NCBI GenBank assembly: GCA_030324005.1
Contig: JARDVH010000130.1
Location: 12,792,503 to 12,856,436, forward strand
Length of the DNA: 63,934 nucleotides
Direction of reading: 5' to 3'
DNA from: Negaprion brevirostris
Taxonomy: Eukaryota
Made by a program: the position numbers and the translations under genes. The notes under the pieces were generated by a model that was not told the DNA's origin, ran no database searches, and saw nothing but the letters and a program-made list of their open reading frames with translations. Shown here in pieces: positions 1 through 13,010 of this stretch. Positions within the stretch are counted from its first letter, which is position 1, and each line of letters opens with the position of its first letter.

Positions 1-29
1 CAGTTCCAAATCTCAATCAGCTGTTTTGT

Positions 30-110
30 AAATGAGCTCCCAAGTCCTGGAGTAGAGATGGATTGCACGTGTTTTTGACTCACAGGTGAGAGTGCTACCA
101 ACTGAAGCAA
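30..110 (-). mobile_element. 5' head fragment of a SacSINE1-like DeuSINE
   Basis: Reverse strand reads cttcagttggtagcactctcacctgtgagtca...tactccaggacttg, resembling the tRNA-derived head of this family. Confidence 0.5.
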
Positions 111-431
111 TAAATAAACTCAACAGTCATTGAGTCTACAACACTCAAATCCAAAATCTGTCTCTATAATCAAATCCAGTCTGATTAAAGAGAACAGTTT
201 GTTCAAGCCTTCATGTTAAACATTTATGCAATTAAACATTAAAATAGAGGAGGCCATTTACTATTATTTTACTTCACATAGATGATTCACAGCCATTAGG
301 AGCTAAAATTAATTTAATTAGAAGTTTGAGATTTGTTATCATGATTAAACTCATAACACTAAATACATTGTGGACATTTACTGACTGCACCATAATTTGG
401 AGGCAGGAATCCCTGAAGAACCTTAAGTACT

Positions 432-1226
432 TGGGTTGCATGATAGTTAACACTGCTGCCTCACAGTGCCAGGGACCCAGATTCAATTCCAGCTTCAGGT
501 CACTGTCTACGTGGAGTCCATACCTTAGAAAAGTAGAAGATAGGAGCAGGAGAAGGCCATTTGGCCCTTCGAGCCTGCTCTGCCATTCATTACGATCATG
601 GCTGATCATCCAACTCAATAGCCTAAACATGCTTTTCCCCATAACCTGTGACCACATTCTCCCCAAATGTTATATNNNNNNNNNNNNNNNNNNNNNNNNN
701 NNNNNNNNNNNNNNNNNNNNNNNNNNNNNNNNNNNNNNNNNNNNNNNNNNNNNNNNNNNNNNNNNNNNNNNNNNNNNNNNNNNNNNNNNNNNNNNNNNNN
801 NNNNNNNNNNNNNNNNNNNNNNNNNNNNNNNNNNNNNNNNNNNNNNNNNNNNNNNNNNNNNNNNNNNNNNNNNNNNNNNNNNNNNNNTTATAAGTCTCTA
901 TGAGATCCCCCCTCATTCGTCCGAACTCCAATGGAAACAATCCTACCCTAGTCAATCTCTCTTCATCCATCAGTCCCACCATTCCCGGAATCAACCTGAC
1001 AAACTTCCCCATGTCTGTGTTTGGTTTCTCCCGGGTGCTTTGGTTTCCTCCCACAGTCCAAAGGTATGCAGGTTAGGTGGATTGGCCCACAGTGTCCAAA
1101 GATGTGTAGGTTAGGGGGGGGTTACAGGGATAAGGAATGGAGTGGGCCTGTGTAAGATGCTCTGTCAGAGTGTTGGTGCAGACTCGATAGGTTGAATGGC
1201 TTCCTACTGCACTGTGGGAATTCCAT
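432..1226 (+). mobile_element. HE1-type V-SINE interrupted by a CR1 fragment
   Basis: Head cactgctgcctcacagtgccagggaccc..., body resumes at ~1005 (ggtttcctcccacagtccaaag), tail tgcagactcgat...gaatggc...tgcactgt. Confidence 0.8.
522..1003 (-). mobile_element. CR1/HER1-like LINE 3' fragment (spans a gap)
   Basis: Minus-strand translation RMRGDLIETY is a CR1 ORF2 C-terminal motif; typical 3' tail at 530-610. Confidence 0.8.
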
Positions 1227-1921
1227 GAAAAGCTTATGAAAAGGATACTCCAGGTATCCAGAAAAACTTTTCGCCATAAATAAAACTCGCAAAGTTATTA
1301 AGAGGTGGAATTGGTCTTTGGCAAAATTACAAAATGGGCGACGGCAAATCCTTTGCAGTTAGGCAAGTTGTAGGTGGTGTAAACAGGCTGGTGATTTGCT
1401 CTTCCCCATTTTGCGCTTTAGTAAAAGACTTTTTCCTACAATAATTGGCACAAAAGAAATCCACAAAAATATAAAATAAACATGATCTTTCTTTGTTAAA
1501 ATGTCACACTATTCATGTAGCTTCCATTTGTGTGACGTGGTAGATAGAATGAGTCAGTACAGAACCAGTCAAGAGTGACCCCTATGGGCATGACAAAGTG
1601 TGATTAGCATTCCAAACACTAAACATGTAACTGAGTTAATTCATTTCTTTCAGTTTAATTTCTACTAAACCCCTTCCTTTATAGATAGGCACATGACACA
1701 TTAATTCACAACAAGAAAAGTCAAAAAGGGAGAACTTCCTCCTAACATTAACATTTACTGTTGGCACAAGTTGCTACCACATTTATCTCCATATCAATAA
1801 AAGGCCACAGGGTACAGCAGCACAGTGTTTGTTACTGGACAAGCAACCCAGTGGCGTGGACTATTATTGATTTTATTCTTTGGCAAGATATGAATATCGC
1901 TGGCTAGGCCAGCATTTATTG

Positions 1922-2178
1922 AGAACATAGAACAGTACAGGCCCTTTGGCCCTCGATGTTGTGCCGAGCTTTGTCCAAAACCAAGATCAAGCTATCCCAC
2001 TCCCTATCATTCTGGTGTGCTCCATNNNNNNNNNNNNNNNNNNNNNNNNNNNNNNNNNNNNNNNNNNNNNNNNNNNNNNNNNNNNNNNNNNNNNNNNNNN
2101 NNNNNNNNNNNNNNNNNNNNNNNNNTCTGGTGTGCTCCATGTGCCTATCCAATAACCGCTTGAAAGTTCCTAAAGTGT
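1922..2178 (-). mobile_element. CR1 3' tail fragment nested in the older LINE
   Basis: agaacatagaacagtacaggccctttggccc tail motif on the + strand. Confidence 0.65.
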
Positions 2179-2473
2179 CATTGCTTATCCTTATTTGCCC
2201 TTGAGAAGGTAGTGGGGAGCTTCCTTCTTAAATTGCTGCAGCACAACTTGTGTAGGTACACCCAAACTACTGTTAGGAAGGTCATTCTAGGAATTTGATC
2301 CAGTGGCAGTGAAGGAACAGCAATATAGTTCTGAGTCAGGATGGGGTGTGGTTTAGAGGCGTACTTGCAGGTGGTGGCATTATCATGTATCTGCTACCTT
2401 GTCCTTCTAGGTGGTAGAGATCATTGATTTGAAAGGTGCTTTTGAAGAGGGCTTGCCAAGTTATTGCAATGCA

Positions 2474-2842
2474 GTGGTGTAGTGGTATTGTCACTGGCAA
2501 TGCTTCGGGGACCTGGGTTCAGTACAGCAGTTGATAAAATTTGAATTCAACAAAAACCTGGAATTAGACTCTAATAATGACCAAGAAACTACTGACAACT
2601 GCAGTATAAATCTGTTGATTGTCGTAAGAGCCCATCAGGTTCACTAATGTCCTTTCAAGAAGGAAGTCTGCTGTCTTTACCTGGTCTGGTCTACATGCAA
2701 CTCACAATCCACAGCAATGTGTTTGACGCTTAAGTGCCTCCTGAAATCGTCTAGCAAGCCATGCAGTTCAAGGACATTTACAGATGGGTAATATATGCTG
2801 GCTCAGTCAGCAGTGTCCACATCCTATGAATGAACTTTTAAA
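2474..2842 (+). mobile_element. tRNA-headed SINE ('family B' here)
   Basis: gtggtgtagtggtattgtcactgg head, ggttcactaatgtccttt core, flanked by aatgca direct repeat. Homologous to 20995-21605 and 28053-28410. Confidence 0.75.
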
Positions 2843-2900
2843 AATGCATCCTGTAAAGGGTGTTGCCAATGTGTACTGATAGTGGAGAGAGTGAATGTTT

Positions 2901-3557
2901 AATTTGATTTGGTTTATTATTGCCACATGTATACAGCCAAAAGTATTGTTTCTTGCGCGCTTTTCAGACAAAGCATACTATACGTAGAGAAGGAAAGGAG
3001 TACAGAATGTAGTGCTACAGTCATAGCTGTGGTGCAGAGAAAGATGAACTTAACATAGGTCTGTTAAAAAGTCTGATGACAGCAGGGAAGAAGCTGTTTT
3101 TAAGTCTGTTGGTATGTGACCTCAGACTTTTGTATCTTTTTCCTGACAGAAGAAGGTGGAAGAGAGAGTCCAGGGTGCATAGGGTCCTTGATTATGCTGG
3201 TTGCTTTTCCAAGGCAGCGGGAATTCTAGACAGTGTCAATGAATGGGAGGTTTGCTTCATTAATAACCCTTTGTAGTTTCCTGCAGTCTTGGACAGAGCA
3301 GGAATGCTTTCTATGGTGCACAGTAGAAGCTGGTGAGAGTTGCAGTGGACATGCCAAATTTCCTTAGTCTCCCGAGAAAGCAGAGGCATTGGAGGGCTTT
3401 CTTATCTATAGGATCTGCATGGAGGAACAGGACAGGTTGATGGTGATCTGGACACCTAAAAGCTTGAAGCTCTTGACAATTTCTACTTCATCTCCATTGA
3501 CGTAGACAGCCCTCCACTATTTTTCCTGAAGTCAATGACTATTTCTTTTGTTTTGTT
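2901..3557 (-). mobile_element. Rex1/Babar LINE 3' fragment
   Basis: Reverse complement matches the 3' part of 30437-33298 (tail and the LRKFGMS region). Confidence 0.8.
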
Positions 3558-4356
3558 TTGGGTGGTGGATGGGTGCTGATCAAATGGACTACTTTGTCCT
3601 GGATTTTACTGAGCTCCCTGAGTGTAGCTGGGGCCACACTCACCCAAGTGCAGAGCATCTCATCACACTCTTAACTTGTGCCTTGCAGATGGTTGATCAG
3701 CTTTGGGGAATCAGGAAGTGAGTCACTTGTCAGACGATTCCCAGCATCTGATCTGCTCCTGTAGCCAAAGTATTTCTATGACTAGCCTAGTCTAGTTTCT
3801 GATCAATAGCAACCCCCAGGATGTTGATGGTGGGGAATTTAGCAATGATAATTCTGTTGAATATCAAGGGGGCATGGTTAGATTCATTTCTGTTGGAGGT
3901 AGTCATTGCCTGGCACTTATGTGTCACGAATGTTACTGCCACTTCTTAGTTCAAGTCTGAATGTTTTCCAGGTCCTGTTGCATATGGGCATATTTGCTTC
4001 AGCATCTGAGGAGTTATGAATGGTACTGAACACTGCAAAATCATCAGCAGATACAAATCCTCACTTTTAACATTCTGCTGGCAAGAAGATTATTGATGAA
4101 ACATCTGAAGATGGTTGGGCATAGGACTGCCTTGAGAAATTCCTGCAGCAATGATCTGAAGGTGAGATTTTTTTTTACCCCAAAAAGCACAACCATCTTC
4201 CTTTGTGTTTAATAGGACTCCAACTAGCTGAGAGTTTTTCACCAATCCCCACTGCCTCCAGTTCTGTTGGGGTTCCTTGATACCACACTCGGTATCATGT
4301 TGCCTTGGGGTCATGGGATGTCACTCTCAGCTCACCTCTTGAGTTCAGTTCTTTTA

Positions 4357-4846
4357 AATCAAAGAACCCTACAGTGCAGAAGGAGGCTATTTGGCCCATC
4401 GAGTCTGCACCAACCACAATCCCACCCAGGCCCTATCCTCATAATCCCATGCATTTGCCCTAGCTAGTCCCCCTGACATTAAGGATCAATTTAGCACGGC
4501 CAACCCACCTAACTCACACATTTGTCGACTGTGGGAGGAAACCGGACCACCTGAAGGAAACCCACACAGACGTGGGGCGAATGTGCAGATTCTACACACA
4601 CACACAGTCACCCGAGGCCGGTACTGAACCCAGGTCAATGGTGCTGTGAGGTAGGAGGGATGACAAGGTAAAATCTGATATGGAAATGAATGGCCATGAT
4701 TGGGAGGGTACTAACCTGCACCCTCCTAACCTACACAACTCAGACATGGGGAGAACGTACAAATTCCACACAGACAGTGACCAAAGCTGGGAATTGAACC
4801 CGCATTCCTGGCTATGTGAAGCAACAGTGCTAATCAATGTGCCACC
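4357..4846 (-). mobile_element. HE1-type V-SINE (4357-4655) plus a partial second copy (~4712-4846)
   Basis: ctacagtgcagaaggaggc...cccatcgagtctgcacc tail, gactgtgggaggaaaccgga body, gctgtgagg head. Confidence 0.8.
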
Positions 4847-5084
4847 AGCTGCATTTGTCCAAGTTTGGACTAAGGCTGTAATGAGGTCAGAAGTTAAGTG
4901 GCTTTGACTAGAAGGAAACTGCATGGAGCAACAATGTGCAAGTTGTGTGTTGTGCAAGTGTGATTTGTTCGCACTGTTGTTGTCACCTTCCATCACATTG
5001 CTGATGATCCACAGTAGACTGATGGGTCACTAGTTGGCCATATTGTGAACGTAAGTTTAAGAATTGGGATTGAAATTAGAGAAA

Positions 5085-5350
5085 AGAAAAATCGGAGTGC
5101 TGGCATCAGCGAAAGTGACCATGAAGCTGCTGCATTGCTGCAAAAACTCTATTGGTTCAAAAACCTCACTGAAGGAAACAAGTCTGCCATCCTTATTCAT
5201 GTGCATGCTATATTTGTGTCCAATCCCACACCGAGGTGGTTGACTTTTAACTACCATCTGTGCAGAGTGGCTGTGCAAGTCACTTGGTTGTATCAGAGCA
5301 ACTAAAAATGGAGAATAAATGCCAATCAACACCACCCACATGCTGAAAAT
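5085..5350 (+). mobile_element. Old family-B SINE remnant
   Basis: gaccatgaag...ggttca...tctgccatcctta...gtggttgacttttaact collinear with other copies. Confidence 0.5.
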
Positions 5351-6492
5351 GACTAACACACATTTTAACTTCTTTAAACATTGTGGTGAAGTACGTTGAA
5401 ACTTCCTAAGGGTGTGATGAGCTGATGTAAAATGTACCAAGATTGATAATTCTTTATTTCATCCTTCTAATTTCAATTGTCCGCTCCAGTCATTCATCCA
5501 TGTTGAAAGGTGACACTGCAGTCATTTACCAAAATCTATTTGGATGTCAAAAGTTGTTCAAACCTGATTGTGAATTCAGTGATCCAGCACCCCAATGAAA
5601 GCTGCAGTCAAAAGGAGCTATTCATGAGAATCAGGGCTAGAGCGCTGGTGTCATCTCCTTTGCACACAATTTCCCACTGGAGTGTGGGAGTGCTTAATGC
5701 ACCCTTTTAAGATTAAGAACCCATCAAAAGGTTCTTAGCTATAGGAAGAGATTGACAGCAAAGCAACCTCAGTAGTGAATAAACAGTGGCCTTTCTCCCA
5801 CTATTAGATATGCCTGCTGTTGCGGAGTGATAAAGGGCTTTCAACACATTGTCAGCAATCAAACTGACTTTCTGCACCTCAGTGTAACAGCAGCAAGCTC
5901 TGATAACACAAATGAAATATTAATTATACGCAGACACCAGACACGTGCTTCCCTGCAAATCTTGCTGCCAGTTAACCACCTGAAGTACACTGCCAATAGT
6001 CAACCTGCTGACATCACAGTAAGCCTACACAAACAGGTCAAAGACAGCATGTGATTCCATTTCAGTGAGGATAAGGTAACACACTGATCACTTTCAACCA
6101 AATAATGAAATATAGAAAATACCAGGGCAGCTTTTACTAATCAGTTTTCCTTTGTTAAATCAAATATTAATTTCAACATAAGTGGATGGACTCAGTCACC
6201 TTAGAGACAATGAGGGTATAATACCACAATCAACATTAGCAGTAATAACCTATATATGAAACATCTCTATGTGCATGGTTGCATAGTCACAGAGATTCAA
6301 AACTTTAGATGTAACTTAACATATTAACAACTAAATATTGATAATTCAAGTTGACATTTTGCAAGCCTGGAAACTTCTAAACACATTAATGTACAAGGTT
6401 CATTTGCCCATTAGGTTTTTACACATGGGATAATGGAATATAAAGAGGAATTGAAAGTCTAATATTCATGGAGTTTCCAAATATCATATGCA

Positions 6493-8478
6493 CATACAAA
6501 TTAGGAGCAAATCTAAGCCAATTGGCACTCTCACGAGCCTACTCAACGTTCAGTAAGATCAAAGCTGATCAAATTTTGGCCTCAGCTCTGCATTCCGCCT
6601 ATCCCCAATAAACTTTGACTCTCTTATTAGTCAGGAATCTATCTACCTCTGCCTTAAAAATATTCACTGACACTGCCTCCACTGCTGTCTGGGGAAGAGA
6701 GTTCCAAAGATTCTCTGGGAGAAAATACTTCTTCTCATCTCCATCTTAAATGAGAGACACTTTATTTTTCAACCGTGTCCCCAAGTTCTAGTCTCTTCCA
6801 CAAGGGGAAACATCCTTTCAGCNNNNNNNNNNNNNNNNNNNNNNNNNNNNNNNNNNNNNNNNNNNNNNNNNNNNNNNNNNNNNNNNNNNNNNNNNNNNNN
6901 NNNNNNNNNNNNNNNNNNNNNNCCAAGTTCTAGTCTCTTCCACAAGGGGAAACATCCTTTCAGCATCCACCCTATCGCCTTCATTCAAGATCTTACGTGT
7001 TTCAATAAGATTGCCTCTCATTCTTCAAAACAAGAAAAAATAAAGACTAGCCTGTCCAATCTCTCCATGTAAGATCACACCCATCCAGATACCAGTCGAG
7101 TGAATGTTCTCTGAACTGCTTCTAACGCTTTCATATCTTTTCTTAAAAAAGGAGATCAAAACTATATAAAGTACTCTAGGTGTGGTCTCACCAACACACT
7201 GCACAATGTTAGCAAAACATCCCTACTCCCATGCTGCAAACCTCTATGACTCTATAAATGTTCCATTCCCCTTGCAATAAACACCTGCATTCCATTTGTC
7301 TTCTTAATCACTTGCTGTATCTGCATTATTACTTTTCTTGATTCATATATCAAGACATCCTTCCATAGCTCATAATTCTGCAATCTCTCTCCACTTAAAT
7401 AATATGCTGCTTTTCTATTCTTCCTGCCACATACTCATACTGTCATGTACGTATGAGTCATACGTCTCATACTCCGTCTGCCATTATTTTGCCCATTCAC
7501 TTCACCTATCCATGTCTCTTTGCAGGCTCCTTGTGTCCCCTTCACAATCTGCTTTCCTACCTATCTTTGTGTCATCAACAAACTTAACAAGCATGGGCCA
7601 GATTGTCGAACCTGCCCGCAGCCTGGATTTTCCACTTCAGCAAATGGAGATTTGGCCGAATGTCAAACTCCCCATTCTCAATGGCAGTGGCGGCAGGGCA
7701 TGAACAGTCAGGGAGCTCCAGTCCATACATTTGGTCCCTTCACACAAATCACTGATATGAATTGTAAATAGTTGACGCCCCAGCACCGATCCCAGTGGCA
7801 CTCTATTCATCGCACCTTGCTAACCAGAAAAAGACCCATGAATACCTATTCTCTACTTCTTGTTAGCTAACCAATCCTCTACACACGCCAATATATTACC
7901 CTCTATATCGTAAGTCTTATTTTGTGTCATAACCTTTGAATGTGGCACCTTGTCAAATGTCTTCTGGAAATCCAAGTACACATACCTACTGATTCCCTTT
8001 TATCCATGCTTGTCACTTTCTCAAAGAACTCCAATAAATTAGTCAAACATGATTCCCCTTACACAAAACCACACTGACTCTGCCTACTTACACAGATTTT
8101 ATAAATACCCGGCTCAAATTTCCTTAATAGTAGATTCCAGCAGGATCTGAGTATTTGTCAGATTTTTATCCAATAATTTTCTCTGTACCCTTTCCCTGGT
8201 GAGTATAATTGTTTTAAGTTCTTTCCTCCCTTACACGTCCAGATCCTTAATTTTTTCTGGGATGTTACTTGTATCTCTCCAATGAAAACAGACGCAAAAT
8301 ATGTACTTAATGAATTTGCCATTTCCTTATTTTCCATTATTAATTTTCTATTTTCACTCCAGAAGACCAACAATCACTTTATATACTCTTCTTTTTTAAA
8401 AATACATTTTTAAAAAAAAATCTGCAGAAACTTTTACAGTTTGTGCATTTCTAGCTAGCTTTCTCTTGTGTTCTAATT
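6493..8478 (-). mobile_element. CR1/HER1-like LINE, internally deleted and decayed
   Basis: Minus-strand peptides MRGNLIETRKIL...DRVDAERMFPLV and NKEMANSLSTYFASVF are CR1 ORF2 signatures; 3' tail at ~6495-6570. Confidence 0.85.
7595..7723. mobile_element. MITE (Harbinger-like family) inserted in CR1
   Basis: Similar to 14753-14878 and 35244-35379; possible CAT target duplication; host resumes after it. Confidence 0.6.
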
Positions 8479-8741
8479 TCAGTAATCAGTGGACTGGGAC
8501 TCAGGGGTTTGTAGAGGCAAGATGGGGTGAGTCGTGGAATTAAAAAATGAGGAGATGAACTTTAACTTGAAAGTAGTTCAGACAGAAAGCACACGGGGAC
8601 AGAGTTCAGTGGAGGGCTAGATACTGATGGGGGTGTATTGCATGCACTACTGTTTATAGGGAGTGGAATTTGGAAACTGGCTGACGAAGATAAGAATCAT
8701 CTACAACTTATTGAACATAACGGGTGGCTTCAGAAAAGATT

Positions 8742-9010
8742 TTGTTTATTTATTCATTAGTGACAAATAGGCTTATGTTAACAGTGCAATAAAGTTACTG
8801 GGAAAATCCTCTAGTTGCCACACTCTGGCACTTGTTCAGGTACACAGAGAATTTAGCATGACCGATGCATTTTTTGGACCATGGGAGGAAACCGGAATAT
8901 CCAGAGGAAACCCAAGCAGGCACGGGAAGAACGTGCACAGTCACTCAAGCCAGGAATTGAGTGCGGGTCCCTGGCACTGCGGCTGCAGTGTTAACCACTA
9001 TGCCACCCCA
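8742..9010 (-). mobile_element. V-SINE with alternative 3' tail
   Basis: HE1-like head and body, but tail equals the reverse complement of the 17280-17392 tail. Confidence 0.8.
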
Positions 9011-9104
9011 TTGATGTACAATTGTATTCAAAACTATCCTCACATAATACATTTTCAATCAATTGAGTCGTCCTTTTTGTTTTTCAGAAGTACTTTGGTA
9101 CTAG

Positions 9105-9515
9105 AAGAACAAGATTATATTTATGAAGCATTTTCACATTTTCAGCCCATCCAAAGGTGCATCTTAGTCAATTAACTATTTTTGGATTGTGTTTTTTTGT
9201 AGTTTAATAAACAAAGCAAATTAAAACAGCAGTAACCAGATAAATGACCGAATAATGTGTTTCCTTATTGAAGTTTAAAGGATATATATTTGAAAGGACT
9301 CAAGGTGGACTCCCTTACTCTTATTTGAAAAGTTCCAATGACTCTTTTATTTCAATCTATAAGGCACATGGCACCTTGATTTAATATTTCATATAAAAGA
9401 CTGCATTTCCAACAGTGCAGCTCTCCCACAGTACTGACTGCACTGGAATGTCAGTCTAGATTATATAATCAAGGCACTGAAACTGGGCTTGAATCCACAC
9501 CCTTCTGATTCTGAT
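9105..9515 (-). mobile_element. SacSINE1-like DeuSINE, near full length, diverged
   Basis: Minus strand: tcagaagggtgtggattcaag...ctgacattccagtgcagtcagtactgtgggagagctgcactgttggaaatgcagtctttt..., then Deu-domain-like middle and L2-type tail. Confidence 0.7.
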
Positions 9516-10502
9516 CAATTCCACCAAACTATCTTGTACAATTACGATTGAGTGACAGGAAAGTATCTAAAATAGCAATGTATTCACTTTGTATTTTCTC
9601 ATACATGGACTCACAGATTGAAGGGCCACGGGGGGGATGGATGTGNNNNNNNNNNATGTGGGCAAGACATGGCAAAGACGGGGCATAGGAAATGTGTGGA
9701 GGTGAGGGGTGTGAAGGATGGGAACAGCCAGGCCTTTCTGTTTCTACTACAACTGGGATGAAGTCCCACAGCATCGAGATGAGTCTCTTGAACAGCCCGC
9801 CTCCACATCCCTGCTCACAGCCACCCCCATAACTGCCTCTGAAAGTTTTCCTGGATCAGCCGGCCTGATCACAGACTGCCACCCCCTCCAACAATGAACA
9901 TCCCATTCTTGCAGGCATTTCCCCCAAGGCAGCCATGAACTTTCCGAACTCCTGCCACCCTGCCCATGGACGGAAGTATAACCCAGTATCATCAATCCCC
10001 CAATTCATATTGCTTGAGTGGGACTCGCAACTGGAAGCATCAGCAGTGACTTTACAGCCAATGCATGAAATGGTTTTAGTCACTGAAAAATACTGCAAAA
10101 TATTTATACTTCATGTCTGGTTTCAAGATCTAATTTTCCAAATGACGAGAGGATGCAGTTAAATGTGACTTTTGTGCTATCATGAGAAATTAATGCAAGG
10201 TTAAAGTGAATATCTGGCATTGATCTACATGGAAAATTCTTAGTTGTTACATCTTTGTCACCATCTAAACATTTTAAATCGTGTATCCCTGATCAGCTTC
10301 CCTTCAGTGAACTAGGGGCTGAAAGCTGGGCCCAGATATTTTCAGCTCATTACATTTTCCCCCACGTGATGAACGTTGACCTAGCCTGCATGGAATTTAT
10401 AAATTGTTTTGGAATGGCATGCCTTATTAACAATAGCTGCTCTGTAATTCTCCAGTTGTGGACACTCTGGGCAAGCTAGTTGCTGTTCAGGAAATGAAGA
10501 AG

Positions 10503-10737
10503 TCTAGTGTGGTACAGTGTAAATGGATAGCCAGATGCTCTTTCCTAGGGTAGAAAAGTCAAATACTAGAAGATATAGATTTAAGATGACTGAGGAAAAG
10601 TTTAGAGGAGATGTGCGAGGCAAGCTTTTTGTTTTACACAAAGGGTGGTGAATGTCTGTAACGCGCTGCCCCAGGGAGGTAGTAGGAGCAGGAACGATAG
10701 CAACATTTAAGGTGCATCTAAACAAATACATGGATAN
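10503..10737 (+). mobile_element. CR1 3' fragment running into a gap
   Basis: LPREVVGAGTIATFKVHLNKYMD-type ORF2 C-terminal motif. Confidence 0.8.
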
Positions 10738-11004
10738 NNNNNNNNNNNNNNNNNNNNNNNNNNNNNNNNNNNNNNNNNNNNNNNNNNNNNNNNNNNNNNN
10801 NNNNNNNNNNNNNNNNNNNNNNNNNNNNNNNNNNNNNNNNNNNNNNNNNNNNNNNNNNNNNNNNNNNNNNNNNNNNNNNNNNNNNNNNNNNNNNNNNNNN
10901 NNNNNNNNNNNNNNNNNNNNNNNNNNNNNNNNNNNNNNNNNNNNNNNNNNNNNNNNNNNNNNNNNNNNNNNNNNNNNNNNNNNNNNNNNNNNNNNNGAAT
11001 ATTC

Positions 11005-11095
11005 TTACATCTTGAAATGTTGGCTCTGTTCTCCCTCACAGATATTGTCAGACCTGCTGATATGTTCCAGCTTTTTTTGTTGTTTTTGTCTCCAG
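11005..11095 (+). mobile_element. Penelope-like terminal repeat fragment
   Basis: gaaatgttggctctgttctccctcacagatattgtcagacctgctga; same family as 13325, 17880 and 48160. Confidence 0.55.
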
Positions 11096-11319
11096 AATTA
11101 TGAATGCTCCAAGCCTCTATACTGAAGGGTAAACCATTATGCAAAATAGCCATTGCTGATATGCAGCAATATGCGTCTATTCATCAAATTATTTACCTAA
11201 ATTTGTAGTCAACCACAAGTGGCTGGGTAGTTAACATATTGGCACAGTTGTCCTGATTTTATCATCGTAGCAAGTTGCAGAAACTGAATTCATAAAGTTG
11301 AGTAGCTTATGGAATGAAA

Positions 11320-11500
11320 AATGACCATGAGAGATGGTGAATTGTTTTAAACATGCAACTAGGTCATTAATGTACTTCAGGGACCCATCACCACTCCCTG
11401 GACTGACCTACATGTGACTCTAGTCCCACACTACATCGATGACTCTTTAGGATAATAAATTCTACTGCGTCAGTGTTGTCCATATGGCAGGAGCAACAAG
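11320..11500 (+). mobile_element. Old family-B SINE remnant
   Basis: atgaccatga...ggtcattaatgtacttcaggga...cctacatgtgactctag. Confidence 0.5.
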
Positions 11501-12462
11501 AAATTCATTCCACCGATTTGTTCACACCAATTTATTCCAAGGTTCTTTTATTTAAAAGAGAATTAGTCAGTCATTTGGAATGTGCAGATAAACTCTTCAA
11601 CGAGCAGAAATACTTCCATCAACATATAGCTGGAATGTCTGTAGATTCTGCTAGAGAGAAAAATAACCCTAGGAACTGCATCTAAAAATTGAAAGCCAGA
11701 TATTGTACCCTGTATTCTGACCTGCAGCCGGAAGAGCAATTAAACTCTGATACAGTTCACTCAGTGCAACTCCCGGATAATTAATCTTTTTTGTTCTAAG
11801 GTTTTGCTTATTGATCAAAAATTGATCTGAAAGGGACACAGCTTAACCTAAACAGTGGAATGATACACACCACATTTTGTGGACTTGGGTTTCATTTCTT
11901 AAAAAGCAATAAATCACCCAACTGAGTAAGACCAACAGAAAATCAACTAGTGCTAATCAACTAAAACACTTCCCATGCATGCTTTTCTTCCATTATTGCT
12001 CTTCTGCCAAACTTGCCACACTTGAGGCAAATTTTCACAGGTAACTAATTACCTCTAATGGAAATTCAATTTGGAAAAAGTCAAGTGAAAGACAACACAG
12101 ATTCTTGTCTCAGGCTTCTTTTTAAACAATGCAGATTCATTTCTCTTCACTCCTTCACCTGTGAGCTCTGACAACCACAGAGAAATCAAACTGACCCCCC
12201 GACACACCCATTGGTGAGTCTCTGCATACATTCAACTTTCACAAACTCAGGTGAAACTTCAACTGTTTGGCAGCTTGCTATGCTGCAATCTGAGTATATC
12301 TGCCATCATTTTTATTCTGATTACTTCCAACATCTGATCCTGGCCTCCTTTACCCATGCCAAGGACAGGGATTTCGGAGATCGATGGGTTTGGAGGCAGT
12401 GTAACATTTTTGAAAGGCTGAATTGCGTGTGAAACCTATCTGCCCACAAATGGTAACTTGAT

Positions 12463-12574
12463 GGCCGGAATTCTACTGCCCTTCCAGCCAGATGAAGGGC
12501 GGACAATGGAAATGTCTGCTGACCTCAAGCAGGAATTTCTGGTCTCGCTCGAACGAGGCTGCAAAATCCCACCC
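12463..12574. mobile_element. MITE (Harbinger-like)
   Basis: Termini ggccggaattcta / aaaatcccaccc; reverse-complement match to 19030-19114. Confidence 0.65.
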
Positions 12575-12696
12575 ATTATGGTGATCACAAGGCCAATGAA
12601 GGTCATTGATCAAATGTTGACTGGATTTTCCAGGGATTTGTTTTTACTTCCTGGCTCTTGCTCTAGCTGCTACTCTACATTTAAAAATTTAATTAT

Positions 12697-13010
12697 ATAA
12701 CAATTTGTATTGATATGGCACTTGGGGTGTTTTATCACATTAAAGGTGCTTGGTCAAAGAGATAGATTTTAACGGGTTTCCTAAATGAAGAAAGCAAGGT
12801 AGCGAGGCAGAAAGGAGTAAGGAAGGAATTCCAAATCTGAGGGCCTAGTTAACTGAAGTTGTGCTCAATGCTGGAGCAATGAAAATCAACCGTCAGAATT
12901 TAAAAGGCCCAGATACTACTGAGGGTTGTAAGGTTGGAGGAAATGGCAAATGCAGGCAGGGGCCACATCATGGAGGGATCTGAGAACAAAGAAAGGATAA
13001 AAATAGGTTT
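12697..13010 (-). mobile_element. L2 LINE 3' fragment
   Basis: aacaatttgtattgatatggcac tail, gcttggtcaaagag...ggaattcca...gggcctag; homologous to 49175-49830. Confidence 0.65.

Larger units (their letters stand above)
1870..5045 (-). mobile_element. Decayed CR1-clade LINE (RT to 3' end) hosting several nested insertions
   Basis: Minus-strand RT remnants such as SDLITALVQTWT and AGISQGS; 3' tail gctggctaggccagcatttattg...ttgcccttgag; host sequence resumes collinearly after each insert. Confidence 0.75.

Noticed and set aside
326-1114. Long ORFs spanning N runs (also 10652-11153, 25694-26026, 37166-37564, 52117-52444)
   Set aside because: Length comes from Ns and repeat fragments; not genes.
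6781-6964. 42-bp direct repeat either side of a 100-N gap (also 2011-2025 / 2126-2140)
   Set aside because: Unmerged contig overlap at a fixed-size scaffold gap; an assembly artefact.
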